A DNA stretch of 64,000 nt. Origin: Octopus sinensis (lineage: Eukaryota). The stretch spans positions 32,302,001-32,366,000 of the forward strand of contig NC_043008.1 of assembly GCF_006345805.1 (NCBI RefSeq), given 5' to 3'. The translations under genes were made by a program, and so were the position numbers. Below are positions 37,590 through 49,345 of the stretch, in pieces; position 1 is the stretch's first letter; each line of letters starts with the position of its first letter. The notes beneath the pieces are model-generated. The model searched no databases, had not been told where the DNA came from, and saw only the letters and a list, made by a program, of their open reading frames with translations.

Positions 37590-37860
37590 GCCCTTTTCAA
37601 GCCTAGCCAGGCTCATGGGCCCGGTTTCCCGGTTTCTGTGGCGTCTGTGTTACCCCCAGCTGGACGGGACGCCAGTCCATCGCAGCGTTACTCAAGAAAC
37701 AGGAAGAGAGTATGAGAGAAAGTTGTGGCGGAAGAGTACAACATGAGTCACCACCACCCGCCGCCGGAGTTTCGTGGAGCTTTTAGGTGTTTTCGCTCAA
37801 TAAACATACACAAACGCCCGAGTTCGCTGCCCTAACCACTGGGCCATTGCGCCTCCACAT
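37590..37860 (-). mobile_element. tRNA-derived SINE
   Basis: Reverse complement begins ggaggcgcaatggcccagtggttagggcagcg (A box). Confidence 0.6.
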
Positions 37861-38624
37861 GACTTCATACTAGGAGAGAGAAAAGATTAGGCGCAGGTTG
37901 TGTGATTTACGTTCACTTTGCAGCAAGCTACGTGGATTGGGGTTCGATCTCGCAACACCAACATCTTGGGAAGACTCCTTTACTCTGGTTTCGGGTTAGA
38001 CAAAGCCTGATAAGTGAAATTTCGGAGACAGAAACTCTGTAGACATTTACTGGAAAACGACTGTTCCTATTCTTGAGCAATAATCTTGGACTGTAATTCA
38101 GTTTAGCACCATCACATAATGGGTGAACCACTGCGTCAGTGGTCTCCAATCTAGGGTCCATAGAACCCTTGGGGATCCATAAAAGAAGTGCTAGATGGTG
38201 GGGGTCCATGAGCTCTGTTCAAAGTTTTAGAGGCTGCTTGTAAAAATATATAATTTCTCAGTTACATGTTATTGAGTCATGTCTTTTGTCATTTACTTGT
38301 TTCAGTCATTGAACTGCGGCCATGCTGGGGCAATGTCTTGAAGAGTTTATTCGAACAAATCGACTCCAGTACTTCTTATTTTCCTTTTTTTTTTCAAAAG
38401 TTTGGTACTTATTTTATTGGCGGTTTTTTGCCGAAGCGTTAAGTTACAGGAACGTAAATAAACCAACACTGGTTGTCTAGCAACAGGAGGTCAAACACAA
38501 GCACAAAAACACGCAGGCACACGTGCATACATGCATACATACATACATACATACATACATACATACATACATACATACATACATACATACATACATACAT
38601 ACTTACATACATACATACATATAT

Positions 38625-38845
38625 GCTCTTTTACTTGTTTCAGTCATTTGACTGCAGCCATGCTCGAGCATCGCCTTTAGTCGAGCAAATCGACCCCAGG
38701 ACTTATTCTTTGTAAGCCTAGTACTTATTCTATCGGTCTCTTTTACCGAGCCGCTAAGTTACGGGGACGTAAACACACCAGCATCTGTTGTCAAGCGATG
38801 TTGGGGGACAAACACAGACACACAAACATATACACACACATACAT

Positions 38846-38919
<74 letters not shown>

Positions 38920-39095
38920 ATATATATATACATACATATATACGACGGGCTTCTATTAGTTTCCGTCTACCAAATCCACTCACAAGGCTTTGGTCGGCAC
39001 CAAGCTACAGTAGAAGACACTTGCCCAAGGTGCCACGCAGTGGGACTGAACCGAGAACCATGTGGTTGGTAAGCAAGCTACTTACCACACAGCCG
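38625..39095 (-). mobile_element. composite SINE: tRNA/CORE-like head + internal microsatellite + 3' module
   Basis: Head 38942-39095 (tggtaagtagcttgctt..caaccacatggttc.cggttcagtcccactgcgtggcaccttgggcaagtgtcttct), (TA/CA)n 38830-38941, tail 38625-38830. Confidence 0.85.
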
Positions 39096-39729
39096 ACAGG
39101 CTCCTACACAGTTTCTGCCTGCAGTATTCACTCGCAACACATTGGCCGACTCAGGACTATAGTAAAAGAAACTTGCCCAAAGTACCGCGCAATGGAACCA
39201 AACTCGAAGCCACGTAGTTGCAAAGTGAATTTCTTAACCACAGAGCCATGCCTATAATATATCTTTTGGTCGGGAGATGAAACCAGCAAAACCAATGTGT
39301 TGTGACTTAATAAAATGAGCTTATTCTGTAGCTGGATCATTCAAAAACAGAGACGAGGGGCCTGTGTCAGACCCTTAGGTCCTTGGTTGTAACATGTTTG
39401 GGAATCACAGTTTTATATGATCACTGGAACATGTAGAAATAGCAGCCAAATTTCTCTCAGATCATGACCTTCTGTCTTAAAATAATGAACACATTGGATA
39501 ATACTATCTTGGATTTCGTGTAAATAGGGAAAAGATGGGATGGTTATTGTTGGAATGCTTTGCATTATTGGCCTTCTCGGTGAAAGTTGACCTAGGGTTA
39601 AAAAACAACAACAAACACATTCATAACAACATCACCCACAACAACATCAGCAACCATAATGTCAACAACCATAAGAATAATCATAACAACCATAACAACA
39701 ACCGTAACAACAGCACCACGAACTTAACA

Positions 39730-40325
39730 TTAACTATAACAACAACCACAACTATAACAACAACCACAACTATAACAACAACCACAACTATAACAACAAC
39801 CACAACTATAACAACAACCACAACTATAACAACAACCACAACTATAACAACAATCACAACTATAACAACAATCACAACTATAACAACAACCACAACAACT
39901 ATAAAAACAACCAGAGCAAACATAAGTCAACAATAACAACAACCATAAAAACAACAATAACAACAACAACGATAAGGACAGCAACAACCTTGACAACAAC
40001 GCTAACAACAACCATAACCACAGCAACCATAACTCAGGCATAAGAACAACTGTAACAACAACAATAACCATATCATCTATCATAACAACTATGACAACAA
40101 CAACAACAACAATAACATCTATCATAACAACAACAAAAACAACAATAACCATAACATCTATCATAACAACAACAACAACAATAACATCTATCATAAAAAC
40201 AACAATGATCATAACAATAACTATGCCAACAGCTACCGTAAGAACAACAACAACCTTATTAACAACAAAAACAACCATAAGAACAACAATAACGATAACA
40301 ATAGCAACAACCATAACAACAGCAG
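39730..40325. repeat. 18-bp minisatellite (ATAACAACAACCACAACT)n grading into AAC-rich low complexity
   Basis: About 9 near-identical units at 39735-39900. Confidence 0.9.
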
Positions 40326-40454
40326 TTATAACGGCTTCAGGTTTTGGCGTCGATCCCAGTACACAACTGGTACTTCTTTTATCGAACTCAAAAGTTGAGC
40401 TTCGCAGAATTCGAATGCCAAAAGTAAAACCGGAAGAAATGCTACCGTGGCTAT

Positions 40455-40662
40455 AGGCGTAGGAGTCGATTACATCGTGTGGTAAGTAGCATGCTTAGGA
40501 ACCACATAGTTCCGGGTTCAGTCCCACAGCGTGGCACCTTGGGCAAGTGTCTTCTACTATAGCCTCGGGCCGACCAAAGCCTTCTGGGTGGATTTGGTGG
40601 ACGGAAACTGAAAGAAACCCGTCGTATATATGTGTATATATATATAGATATATATATATATA

Positions 40663-40706
<44 letters not shown>

Positions 40707-40787
40707 GGCTTAGTAAAATAAATTACTTTGCCGCATACTGAACTCATTAGAAATAGCAGCTAAAAAAAAAAAAAAAAAAAATTGTTG

Positions 40788-40849
<62 letters not shown>

Positions 40850-41060
40850 GTGTCTGTGTTTGTCCCCCCAACATCTCTTGACAACCGATGGTGGTGTGTT
40901 TACATCCCCGTAACTTAGCGGTTCGGCAAAAGAGACCGATAGAATAAGTACTAGGCTTCCAAAGAATATGTCCTGGGGTTGATTTGTTTGACTAAAGGCG
41001 GTGCTCCAGCATGGTCACAGTGAAATGACTGAAACAAGTAAAAGAGTAAAAAAAGAGTAA
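40455..41060 (+). mobile_element. composite SINE (head + (TA)n + tail)
   Basis: Head 40455-40625, microsatellites with a short insert, tail 40845-41060. Confidence 0.8.
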
Positions 41061-41094
41061 AAGCATTTTGCCCGGCGTACTAACGATTCTTTTC

Positions 41095-41890
41095 TACTCT
41101 AGGCACAAGGCCCAAAATTTTGGAGGCGGTGGGGCAGTCGATTAGATCAACACTAGTACGCAACTGGTACTTAATTTATTGACCTCGACAGGATGAAAAG
41201 CAAAGTCGAACTCGGCGGAATTTGAACTCAGAACGTAAAGACAAACGAAATGCCTATTTCTTTACTACCCACAAGGGGCTAAACACAGAAAGGACAAACA
41301 AGGACAGACAGACGGATTAAGTCGATTATATCGACCCTAGTGCGTAACAGGTACTTATTTAATCGACCCCGAAAGGATGAAAGGCAAAGTCGACCTTGGC
41401 GGAATTTGAACTCAGAACGTAGCGACAGACGAAATAGCTGTTTGTTTATTACACATAAGGGGCTAAACATAGAGGGGACAAACAAGGACAGACATAGGTA
41501 TTAAGTCGATTACAACGACGCCAGTGCATAACTGGTACTTAATTTATCGACCCCGAAAGGATGAAAGGCAAAGTCGACCTGGGCGGAATTTGAACTCAGA
41601 ACGTAACGACAGATGAAATACGGCTACGCATTTCGCCCAGCGTGCTAACGTTTCTGCCAGCTCGCCGCTCTCGGCAGACGAAATACCTATTTCTTTATTA
41701 CTCACAAGGGGCTAAGCATAGAGGGGACAAACAAGGACAGACATAGGTATTTAGTCGATTACATCGACCCAGTGCATAACTGGTACTTAATTTATCGACC
41801 CCGAAAGGATGAAAGGCAAAGTCGACCTCGGCGGAATTTGAACTCACAACGTTGCGACAGACGAAATACCGTTAAGCATTTCGCACGGTT
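41095..41890 (-). mobile_element. head-to-tail SINE multimer (four bodies)
   Basis: Bodies at about 41138, 41320, 41505 and 41750, joined at the recurrent gacgaaatac|ctatttcttt junction. Confidence 0.85.
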
Positions 41891-42489
41891 ATCGTCTCAA
41901 CAACAATAACAACAACTTGGGGTGCCTTTTAATAGAACCCAGACCAGGTTTCTCTTCCTCGCACCTGGTTCAGAAGGTCTGAAAAGGGTAAAGAAGTTTC
42001 CTCTTCCTCCGCTGACTAAGAAAAGATAATAATTTAAAATGGAAATTTATGTATTGTATTCAGTGAATACATTTACGTGACCCAGCGTACAAAGCCGGAT
42101 GATTTGGAGATTTGAACCAGTCGTTTGTTGCGTGGGAAGATATCTGGTTTTACGACAGATATAGAAGTTAGGAATAGTTTTACGGAGGCGTTAAGATTTT
42201 AAGCCGTGCTTCTTGTTATGTAAACTTTGCTTTCAAGCAGAATATATGTAGGTGTTGTTTTATTTACCGTAAAATTGTTGTTGTGGTTGTTGCTGCTGCT
42301 GTTGTTCTTGTTGTTCTTGTTGTTGGTGGTGGTGGTAGTGTTGCTGTTCTTGTTCCTGTTGCTGTTGTCATCGTCGTCGAAGATGTCATCGTTGTTGATG
42401 TTGTTATTGTTATAGTTGTTTAACACAAGGTTACCTTGAATATCTCTTTGGTCAAAGACATTCCAGGTGGAATCATCCTTTCATCTATT

Positions 42490-42760
<271 letters not shown>

Positions 42761-42832
42761 TATTTATTTATTTATTTTTACTTATGTGAGCCAGCATTAT
42801 CCGTGTTCATTTGTTATTCAAGAGTGCATGAA

Positions 42833-43040
42833 GGCGCGTGGCTTAAAGGTTAGAGTATTCGGCTCACAGTCGCGAGTTCGATTCCTGGCGGCGCATTATG
42901 TCCTTGAGCAAGACAATTCAATTTCACATTGCTCCAGTCCACTCAACAGGCAAAAATGAGTTGTTCCTGTATTACAAAAGGCCAGTCTTGACATATTCTG
43001 TGTTACGCTGAATCTTCCTGAGAACTATTGTAAACGACCG
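42833..43040 (+). mobile_element. second-family tRNA-derived SINE, truncated
   Basis: ggcgcgtggcttaaaggttagag...gagttcgattcctggcgg...ccttgagcaagac. Confidence 0.75.
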
Positions 43041-43913
43041 TGTGAAGAAGAGGTGACGAGAATAGCTTCTTTAGTACATCGCACGGTCGATACAATAAAT
43101 ATGAAAAGAATAAATGCGAATATGTGCCAGAAGGAAAAGAGACACACAACCGGGTAGAATGTTTAAGAGAAGATTTTATTTATATGTTAACATTGTGTGT
43201 GTGTGTGTGTGTGTGTGTGTACATGGATGGATGGATGAATGGAATGGCGAGCATTTGTGATTATAAACGAACAAAAAAGTGTATTTAGTACATAAACTGT
43301 ATATTTTATGAAAAGCTAAAGCTATGTGAATTGTAACTCTGAGTTTTACGTTACCAATTATTCAAACGACAAAGGTTATGGAGCAGTGTGATAATATGCA
43401 GACAGAAATATTCGTAAATGCGTCAAAATTTGATGAACCTTTGCAATATCATCGGTCTCCGGAAAAGAGAAGACTCATGCAAAATCACATCCGTATGCCT
43501 TCAGTATCATATGGGCTAATTACATGAACACAAGCAAAAATTAATGAAGTTTTAATGATGATGAATAACTTATTTTTCTCATTATATAACAATCTTTTGG
43601 AGATAACAAATTCATTGCGTTGGAAACATACATTTGGTTGGTGTTTCCATTATAACCTCGGGCCCACAAAAACTTTGTGAGTGGATTTGGTGGAGGTAAA
43701 CTGAAAGAAACCCGTCATACACATATGTATGTATGTATGTGTATGTGTGTGTATATATATATATACATCTTATAAAGGATAAAATTTTTCGAAAAAAATT
43801 TTTTATCAATGGCCAGCATGTTAATAGTGATAAATTATAATGGTTATTGACAATTTGTCTATTTTCAGCATATTTGGCATTAGAATTTTTTATTTTGCCC
43901 TTGTTTTATAAGT

Positions 43914-43948
<35 letters not shown>

Positions 43949-44189
43949 TATATATGCGTGTGCGCTTGTGTGTTGTTTGTCGCTACCACCGCTTGACAAC
44001 AGGTGTTGGTTTGTTTACGACTCCGTAACTTAGCAGCTCTTTTCTCAAAATAAGAACTGGGATCGAATTGTTCGACTAAACCCTTCAAGATGTTGTCTTA
44101 ACATGGCCACAGTCCAATGACTGAAACAAGTAAAAGAAAACCATGTATGTATGTATGTATGTATGTATGTATGTATGGATGTATGTATG

Positions 44190-44239
<50 letters not shown>

Positions 44240-44247
44240 CCTATCCA

Positions 44248-44301
<54 letters not shown>

Positions 44302-44312
44302 ATATATATATA

Positions 44313-44355
<43 letters not shown>

Positions 44356-44423
44356 AGTATGTAAGTATGTATGTATGTATGTATGTATGTATGTATGTAT
44401 GTATGTATGTATGTATGTATGTA

Positions 44424-44800
44424 CAGTGTGCGATGGGTAAATTGTCACCATTTTATATTTTTAATTTCGCGCGTGCGAATTGCTTGTTTTTGGTTTTCTC
44501 GACTACACAGTATAGTAGGGTCAGCTGGGCACCGTCTTTGAGAACCCAGCCATGGCTGTCAGACAATTTCTCCATGACGCAATTCAGTCTGCCAGAAAAT
44601 TGGAAACGAAATGCTGCACTCATTGGCATTCACGCCGGAAGCTCCGATACGAATATTTCAGAGTGTTTGGGTGTCAATCTGAGGGTAGTGCAATCTGAGG
44701 GTAGTTCAATCTGAGGGCATATACCGAGAGTGAAAAAAAATCAAACATCCAGTCAACATTATGGTGTATGGAGTGATCATCGGTGATGACAACATTTTGC
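44424..44800 (+). mobile_element. internally deleted Tc1/mariner-superfamily (maT/DD37D-like) transposon fragment
   Basis: TA|CAGTG start; MTQFSLPENWKRNAALIGIHAGSSDTNISECLGVNLRVVQ (HTH-like) from 44574; KIKHPVNIMVYGVI (K.P..VMV.G motif) at about 44740-44790. Confidence 0.55.
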
Positions 44801-44805
44801 CTCGA

Positions 44806-45015
44806 TTCCATGGCTCAATGGTTATAACGTCGTGCTCGCAATCATGAGGTAGTCAGTTCGATTCCTGGACAGGCTGTAATGCGACGTCACTGGTGCCAAA
44901 CTGTATCGCCTTTACCTTTCCCTTGGAGAACATCTCTGGAAAGTGGAGATTGGTATGCATGGGCAACTGCTGGTCTTCCATAAACAGCCTTGCCTGGCCT
45001 TGTGCCATGCAGGTA
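44806..45015 (+). mobile_element. second-family tRNA-derived SINE (deleted)
   Basis: catggctcaatggtta...cagttcgattcctggac. Confidence 0.65.
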
Positions 45016-45074
45016 CAATGTATGTAAATGTAATTATGTATATATAACGTATACATGTAATATACATATATATA

Positions 45075-45122
<48 letters not shown>

Positions 45123-45123
45123 G

Positions 45124-45167
<44 letters not shown>

Positions 45168-45375
45168 ATATGTATCATATATATGTAAATATATGTGTGT
45201 GTATGTGTATATATATACACACTTCGTCGTCAATTCTCTGACAGCATTTTTATGTTTCTATTATCTTTTTTCAGTCAATTTTATTACCTCAATTAGTGTC
45301 TAAATAACAAGGTTACTAAGAATATATAATTGCTAACAGCTACATTTTGAGGTTGTCTATTCTATATCACGACGC

Positions 45376-45435
<60 letters not shown>

Positions 45436-45550
45436 CACACACACACACACGCATACTTGCACACGCACATTAATACACACACACACGTACATAAACACAC
45501 ACACACACCTACACACATACATTCACACAAAGAAATACACACATATATAA

Positions 45551-45595
<45 letters not shown>

Positions 45596-45601
45596 AGTGA
45601 G

Positions 45602-45920
45602 GGCGCGTGGCTTAATGGTTAGGGCATTCGGCTCATGATCGTAAGGTTGTGAGTTCGATTCCCGGCGACGCGTTGTATCCTTGAGCAAGACACTTTATTT
45701 CACGTTGCTCCAGTCCACTCAGCTGGCAAAAATGAGTTGTACTTGTATTTCAAAGGGTCAGCCTTGTCACTCTCTGTGTCACGCTGATTATCCCCGAGAA
45801 CTACGTTAAGGGTACACGTGTCTGTGGAATGCTCAGCCATTTTGCACGTTAATTTCACGAGCAAGCTGTTCCGTTGATCGTATCAGCTGGGACCCTCGTC
45901 GTCGTAACCGGCGGAGTCTT
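45602..45920 (+). mobile_element. second-family tRNA-derived SINE, full length
   Basis: A box tggcttaatgg, B box gagttcgattccc, CORE-like ccttgagcaagacact; about 320 bp. Confidence 0.85.
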
Positions 45921-46134
45921 TAAGATATATATACATACATATATACACACACATATATACATATGCATATACATATGTGTATATATATACTTACATACAT
46001 ATACATACATACATGCAAACAAGCATACATACTACATATACATACATGCATACATGCATACATACATACATATATAAATACATACACACACACACACACA
46101 CACACATATATATCTAGATTCCTTCCTCTCTTTC

Positions 46135-47140
46135 GTCCAATCTTTCCATCCAGCCCTCCACTTCACTTCCACTATCTCCAACACCTCTGTCTCCTTCCTC
46201 GACATTTCGGTTAGCATTCTTCACTCCACTCTTACCACCTCCATTCACTACAAACACACAGACTCACACTCATACCTCAACTTCTCTTCCTCCCACCCAG
46301 AACACACCAAGCTTTCCATCCCCTATTCCCAATTCCTCCGTCTAACGTAGGCTCTGTAGTGACGACCATGACTTTGAGACTCAGTCTCAACGTAGGCTCA
46401 CCACCACTTCACCCTACGTGGATACCCCCTCACCACTATCCACACCGCCCTTGCCAGAGCACGGTCCGTGGACCGTGTATCTGCTCTCTCTCTCTCTCTC
46501 TTCCCTCCCCGAACCCGCCCTGTAGTCTCCCACCTCCCTTTTCCCCTCACTTACCACCACCACGACCCTACGTCTCCAACGCACCACTTCCATTCTTCGA
46601 GCTTTCCGTCATCTCCAGTCCGACCCGTCCACTTCACAACTCTTCCCTAACCGACCCCTCCCTCTTTCAAACGAGCCCACAACCTTCGAGACTTTTGGTC
46701 CATAGCTCCTTCCCTGACCCTACCTCCCAACCCGGCTCGTTCCCCTGCTCCCGCCCACGTTGCCGCACTTGCCCTTACCTCTCCCACACCACCCGCCTCA
46801 CTAGCACCCACCATCGACCCTATCCCATCATCCACTCCTCCTTCACCTGCACCTCCAGCAATATTATCTATTGCATCTCTGCTATCTCTTGCTCTCTCGC
46901 ACATTCTTGTACATCGGACAAACGGGACGCCGCTTGGCTGACCGGTTCGCGGAACACCTTCGTGACATCCACCTTGCGAACGACACACCGGTCTCACGCC
47001 ATTTCCGCTCCACCGGTCACTCCTTGCAACACTATCTGTGTCGGTTTGTCCTTACACAGAGGCCATCCGGATTCCCGTTTGGCGCCGTGAACAGGAATTA
47101 ATCTTCTCTCTTCGCTCTTATACGCCATTTGGTCTCAACT
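46135..47140 (+). pseudogene. PLE RT-thumb / Cys-linker / GIY-YIG endonuclease remnant (frameshifted)
   Basis: FHPALHFT...VSFLD...HYKHTDSHSYLNFSSSHPEHTKLSIPYSQFLRL; RCRTCPY...FTCTSSNIIYCIS; LYIGQTGRRLADRFAEH...PVSRHF; RREQELIFSL. Confidence 0.85.
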
Positions 47141-48053
47141 GTCCCCCCCCTCCCATCTCCCCCCCTCCTCATCTAAACCCCCCTCTCTCCCCCTCCTCAC
47201 CTATCCTTTCTCCCCCCGACCCCTACTTCTTCAGTCCTTCATCCTTCACCCCTACTTTCCCCTTCCCTTCTTCCTCTTTTCCTCCCTCCCTCTTCCCCTT
47301 CCCTCTGCTCCCTCACTCCCTCTCTCCTCCTCCCCCTCTCCCCCTCTCTCTCCCTCTTTCCTCCTTCATCCCCCTCCTCCCCTTCCTTCTCCTCCCCCCC
47401 TCTCCTCTTCCCCCTTCTCCTCCCCCTCTTATTCCCCTCCCCTTCTCCCCCCTCTTCTCCCTTCCCCCTCTTCTCCCCCTCCCCCTCTTCTCCTCACTAC
47501 ACCACATGACTTTACACATCACATCACATATGATGTGCCATACTAATACACACACCAACTAATACATACTAATACGTACTAATACATACTAGTACATACT
47601 AATACTTACACCAACCCTATACATACACACGTCCAGACCCCGCATACGCACTTATACTCTCTCACACACACACACACACACACACATACCTATACATACC
47701 AATACGTACTAATACATACTAATACATACTAATATACACCAACCCCATACATACGCACGTCCAGACCAATCTTACGCACTAATACTCTCTCATACACACA
47801 CACACACACACACACCCTTATAACATACTAATACATACACCAACCCTATATATACACACATCCAGACCCCTCCCACGCACTTTTAGCTGGTCCCTCAACC
47901 CGTTTATCAACCCTATTATCTCCCCTTATTTCGCTCTCGCGTCTCATGTTTGATCTTTGACCTCTGGCCGAAATCAGATCGCCATGTTGATTCGTTAGCT
48001 ACTGCACGCATTTTTTTTCTCTCCTTCTTTCTGTGTTTTTCTCTCTCTGTGTA

Positions 48054-48091
48054 TCTTTCTGTTGAAGAGCGTAGGCTCGAAACGTTAAAGA
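48054..48091 (+). ncRNA. minimal type I hammerhead-like motif (U6, extra A)
   Basis: UCUUU-CUGUUGA-A-GAGC(GUAG)GCUC-GAAA-C-GUU-AAAGA: 5-bp stem I, 4-bp stem II, palindromic stem III. Confidence 0.55.
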
Positions 48092-48187
48092 CTTGTTTTA
48101 TTTATATTTCCTGAGCGCCATACTAATACAATTGTTCGTTTGTTTTCCACCTGCCTTCGTCTTTGTTTATTTTCATAAAGCTTCCCG

Positions 48188-48241
<54 letters not shown>

Positions 48242-48426
48242 ACATATACATCTTATAATATACATGTATATATACATCTATATGTATACATGTATATATA
48301 CATCCATATTTAATTTAAAATAATAAGGGTGAAAAATTGAATATTAATTTGATTAATATCAATTTAAAACCAGTGGTCTAACATATTGAAAAATCTAACG
48401 TTTCAGAGAAAATTATATTACATACA

Positions 48427-48570
48427 TATAAGAGGGATGACCTGTAAGTGGACATCAATTATGCTAGAAGAAGATCCGCTATGGTCTTACCATTCCTTTG
48501 TTAGTGGTAAGACCATAGCGGATCTTCTTCTAGCAAAATGGATGTCCACTAACAGTTCATCCTTCTTATA
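48427..48570. repeat. 144-bp near-perfect palindrome (MITE-like, TA-flanked)
   Basis: 31-bp perfect stem 48462-48492/48505-48535 with a 12-nt loop; imperfect extension to TATA at both ends. Confidence 0.85.
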
Positions 48571-48571
48571 T

Positions 48572-48614
48572 AATAGTTTCACTTTAATAGTGTCAGTATT
48601 AAAGTGAAACTATT
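48572..48614. repeat. 18-bp perfect hairpin
   Basis: aatagtttcactttaata-gtgtcag-tattaaagtgaaactatt. Confidence 0.8.
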
Positions 48615-48870
48615 AAAGTGAAAGCATCTGACATTACAATAGAGAGATGTTTTTGTTTCACTTTTAACACGTAATACTGAAATAGTGGAGAAGATATGAT
48701 AATGCAGTGGGCTCGCCCTAGGCAAGAAGTTAAAAAATGTTCTTTGCCCATGACAATACATGGACCCAAGGCATGAGTAAAATTTGAATGAAATTGGTTG
48801 TGTAGTCTTCACGTTTTAGGGATTCAGACAGACAGACACACATTCTCAGTTTTACATATATATATATGTG

Positions 48871-48916
<46 letters not shown>

Positions 48917-49167
48917 ATATATATGTATATATATATATATAATATATATAATTATATATATATATATATAATATATATATATATATATTACATATATACT
49001 ATATACATTATATATATATTATATATATATAAAGAAATAGTAAAGTGTGAAAAAAACGACAGAAGGCTTAAATGTTAAAAAATATATATATTTGTGTCAA
49101 AATGTCTGGAGAATATTGGAAAAATTTTTTTTCCTTTCCTTAAAATGACATAATTTTAAAATTTTTA

Positions 49168-49207
49168 AAGAAATTACCGGTTTCGCGTGTAGCTTTTCAA
49201 ATTTCTT
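49168..49207 (-). ncRNA. minimal type I hammerhead ribozyme, U3-A8 variant (3' pLTR of the left copy)
   Basis: AAGAAAU-UUGAAAA-GC(UACAC)GC-GAAA-CCGG-UA-AUUUCUU. Confidence 0.7.
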
Positions 49208-49314
49208 GTGACGTTATGTTTATTGCATGGAATTATCGTTGTTTTTATTTCCAGGAGATTTCTAAATAAGGGGAGGTAGTGAGTGATTTTTTCCGGTGTA
49301 GGGGAGATAATCGC

Positions 49315-49345
<31 letters not shown>

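Larger units (their letters stand above)
46135..48188 (+). mobile_element. 5'-truncated Penelope-like element (RT thumb + GIY-YIG + long 3' UTR)
   Basis: Coding remnant plus 3' UTR ending at (TA)n, with a hammerhead-like motif near the 3' end. Confidence 0.8.

Noticed and set aside
39730-39900. Regular 18-bp repeats (CRISPR-like at a glance)
   Set aside because: Contiguous minisatellite without unique spacers, in eukaryotic context with no cas genes
41095-41890. Repeat-spacer-like periodicity
   Set aside because: Units are tRNA-derived SINE bodies and the intervening parts are also homologous; not CRISPR
45602-45680. tRNA-like sequence with A and B boxes
   Set aside because: Continues into a SINE body present in many copies; no complete cloverleaf acceptor stem
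48690-48870. Helentron/HINE-like 3' end (gacagacagac...cagttttacatata) and a matching start-like motif at 22532-22565
   Set aside because: Only short motif resemblance; the paired sub-terminal structures could not be identified
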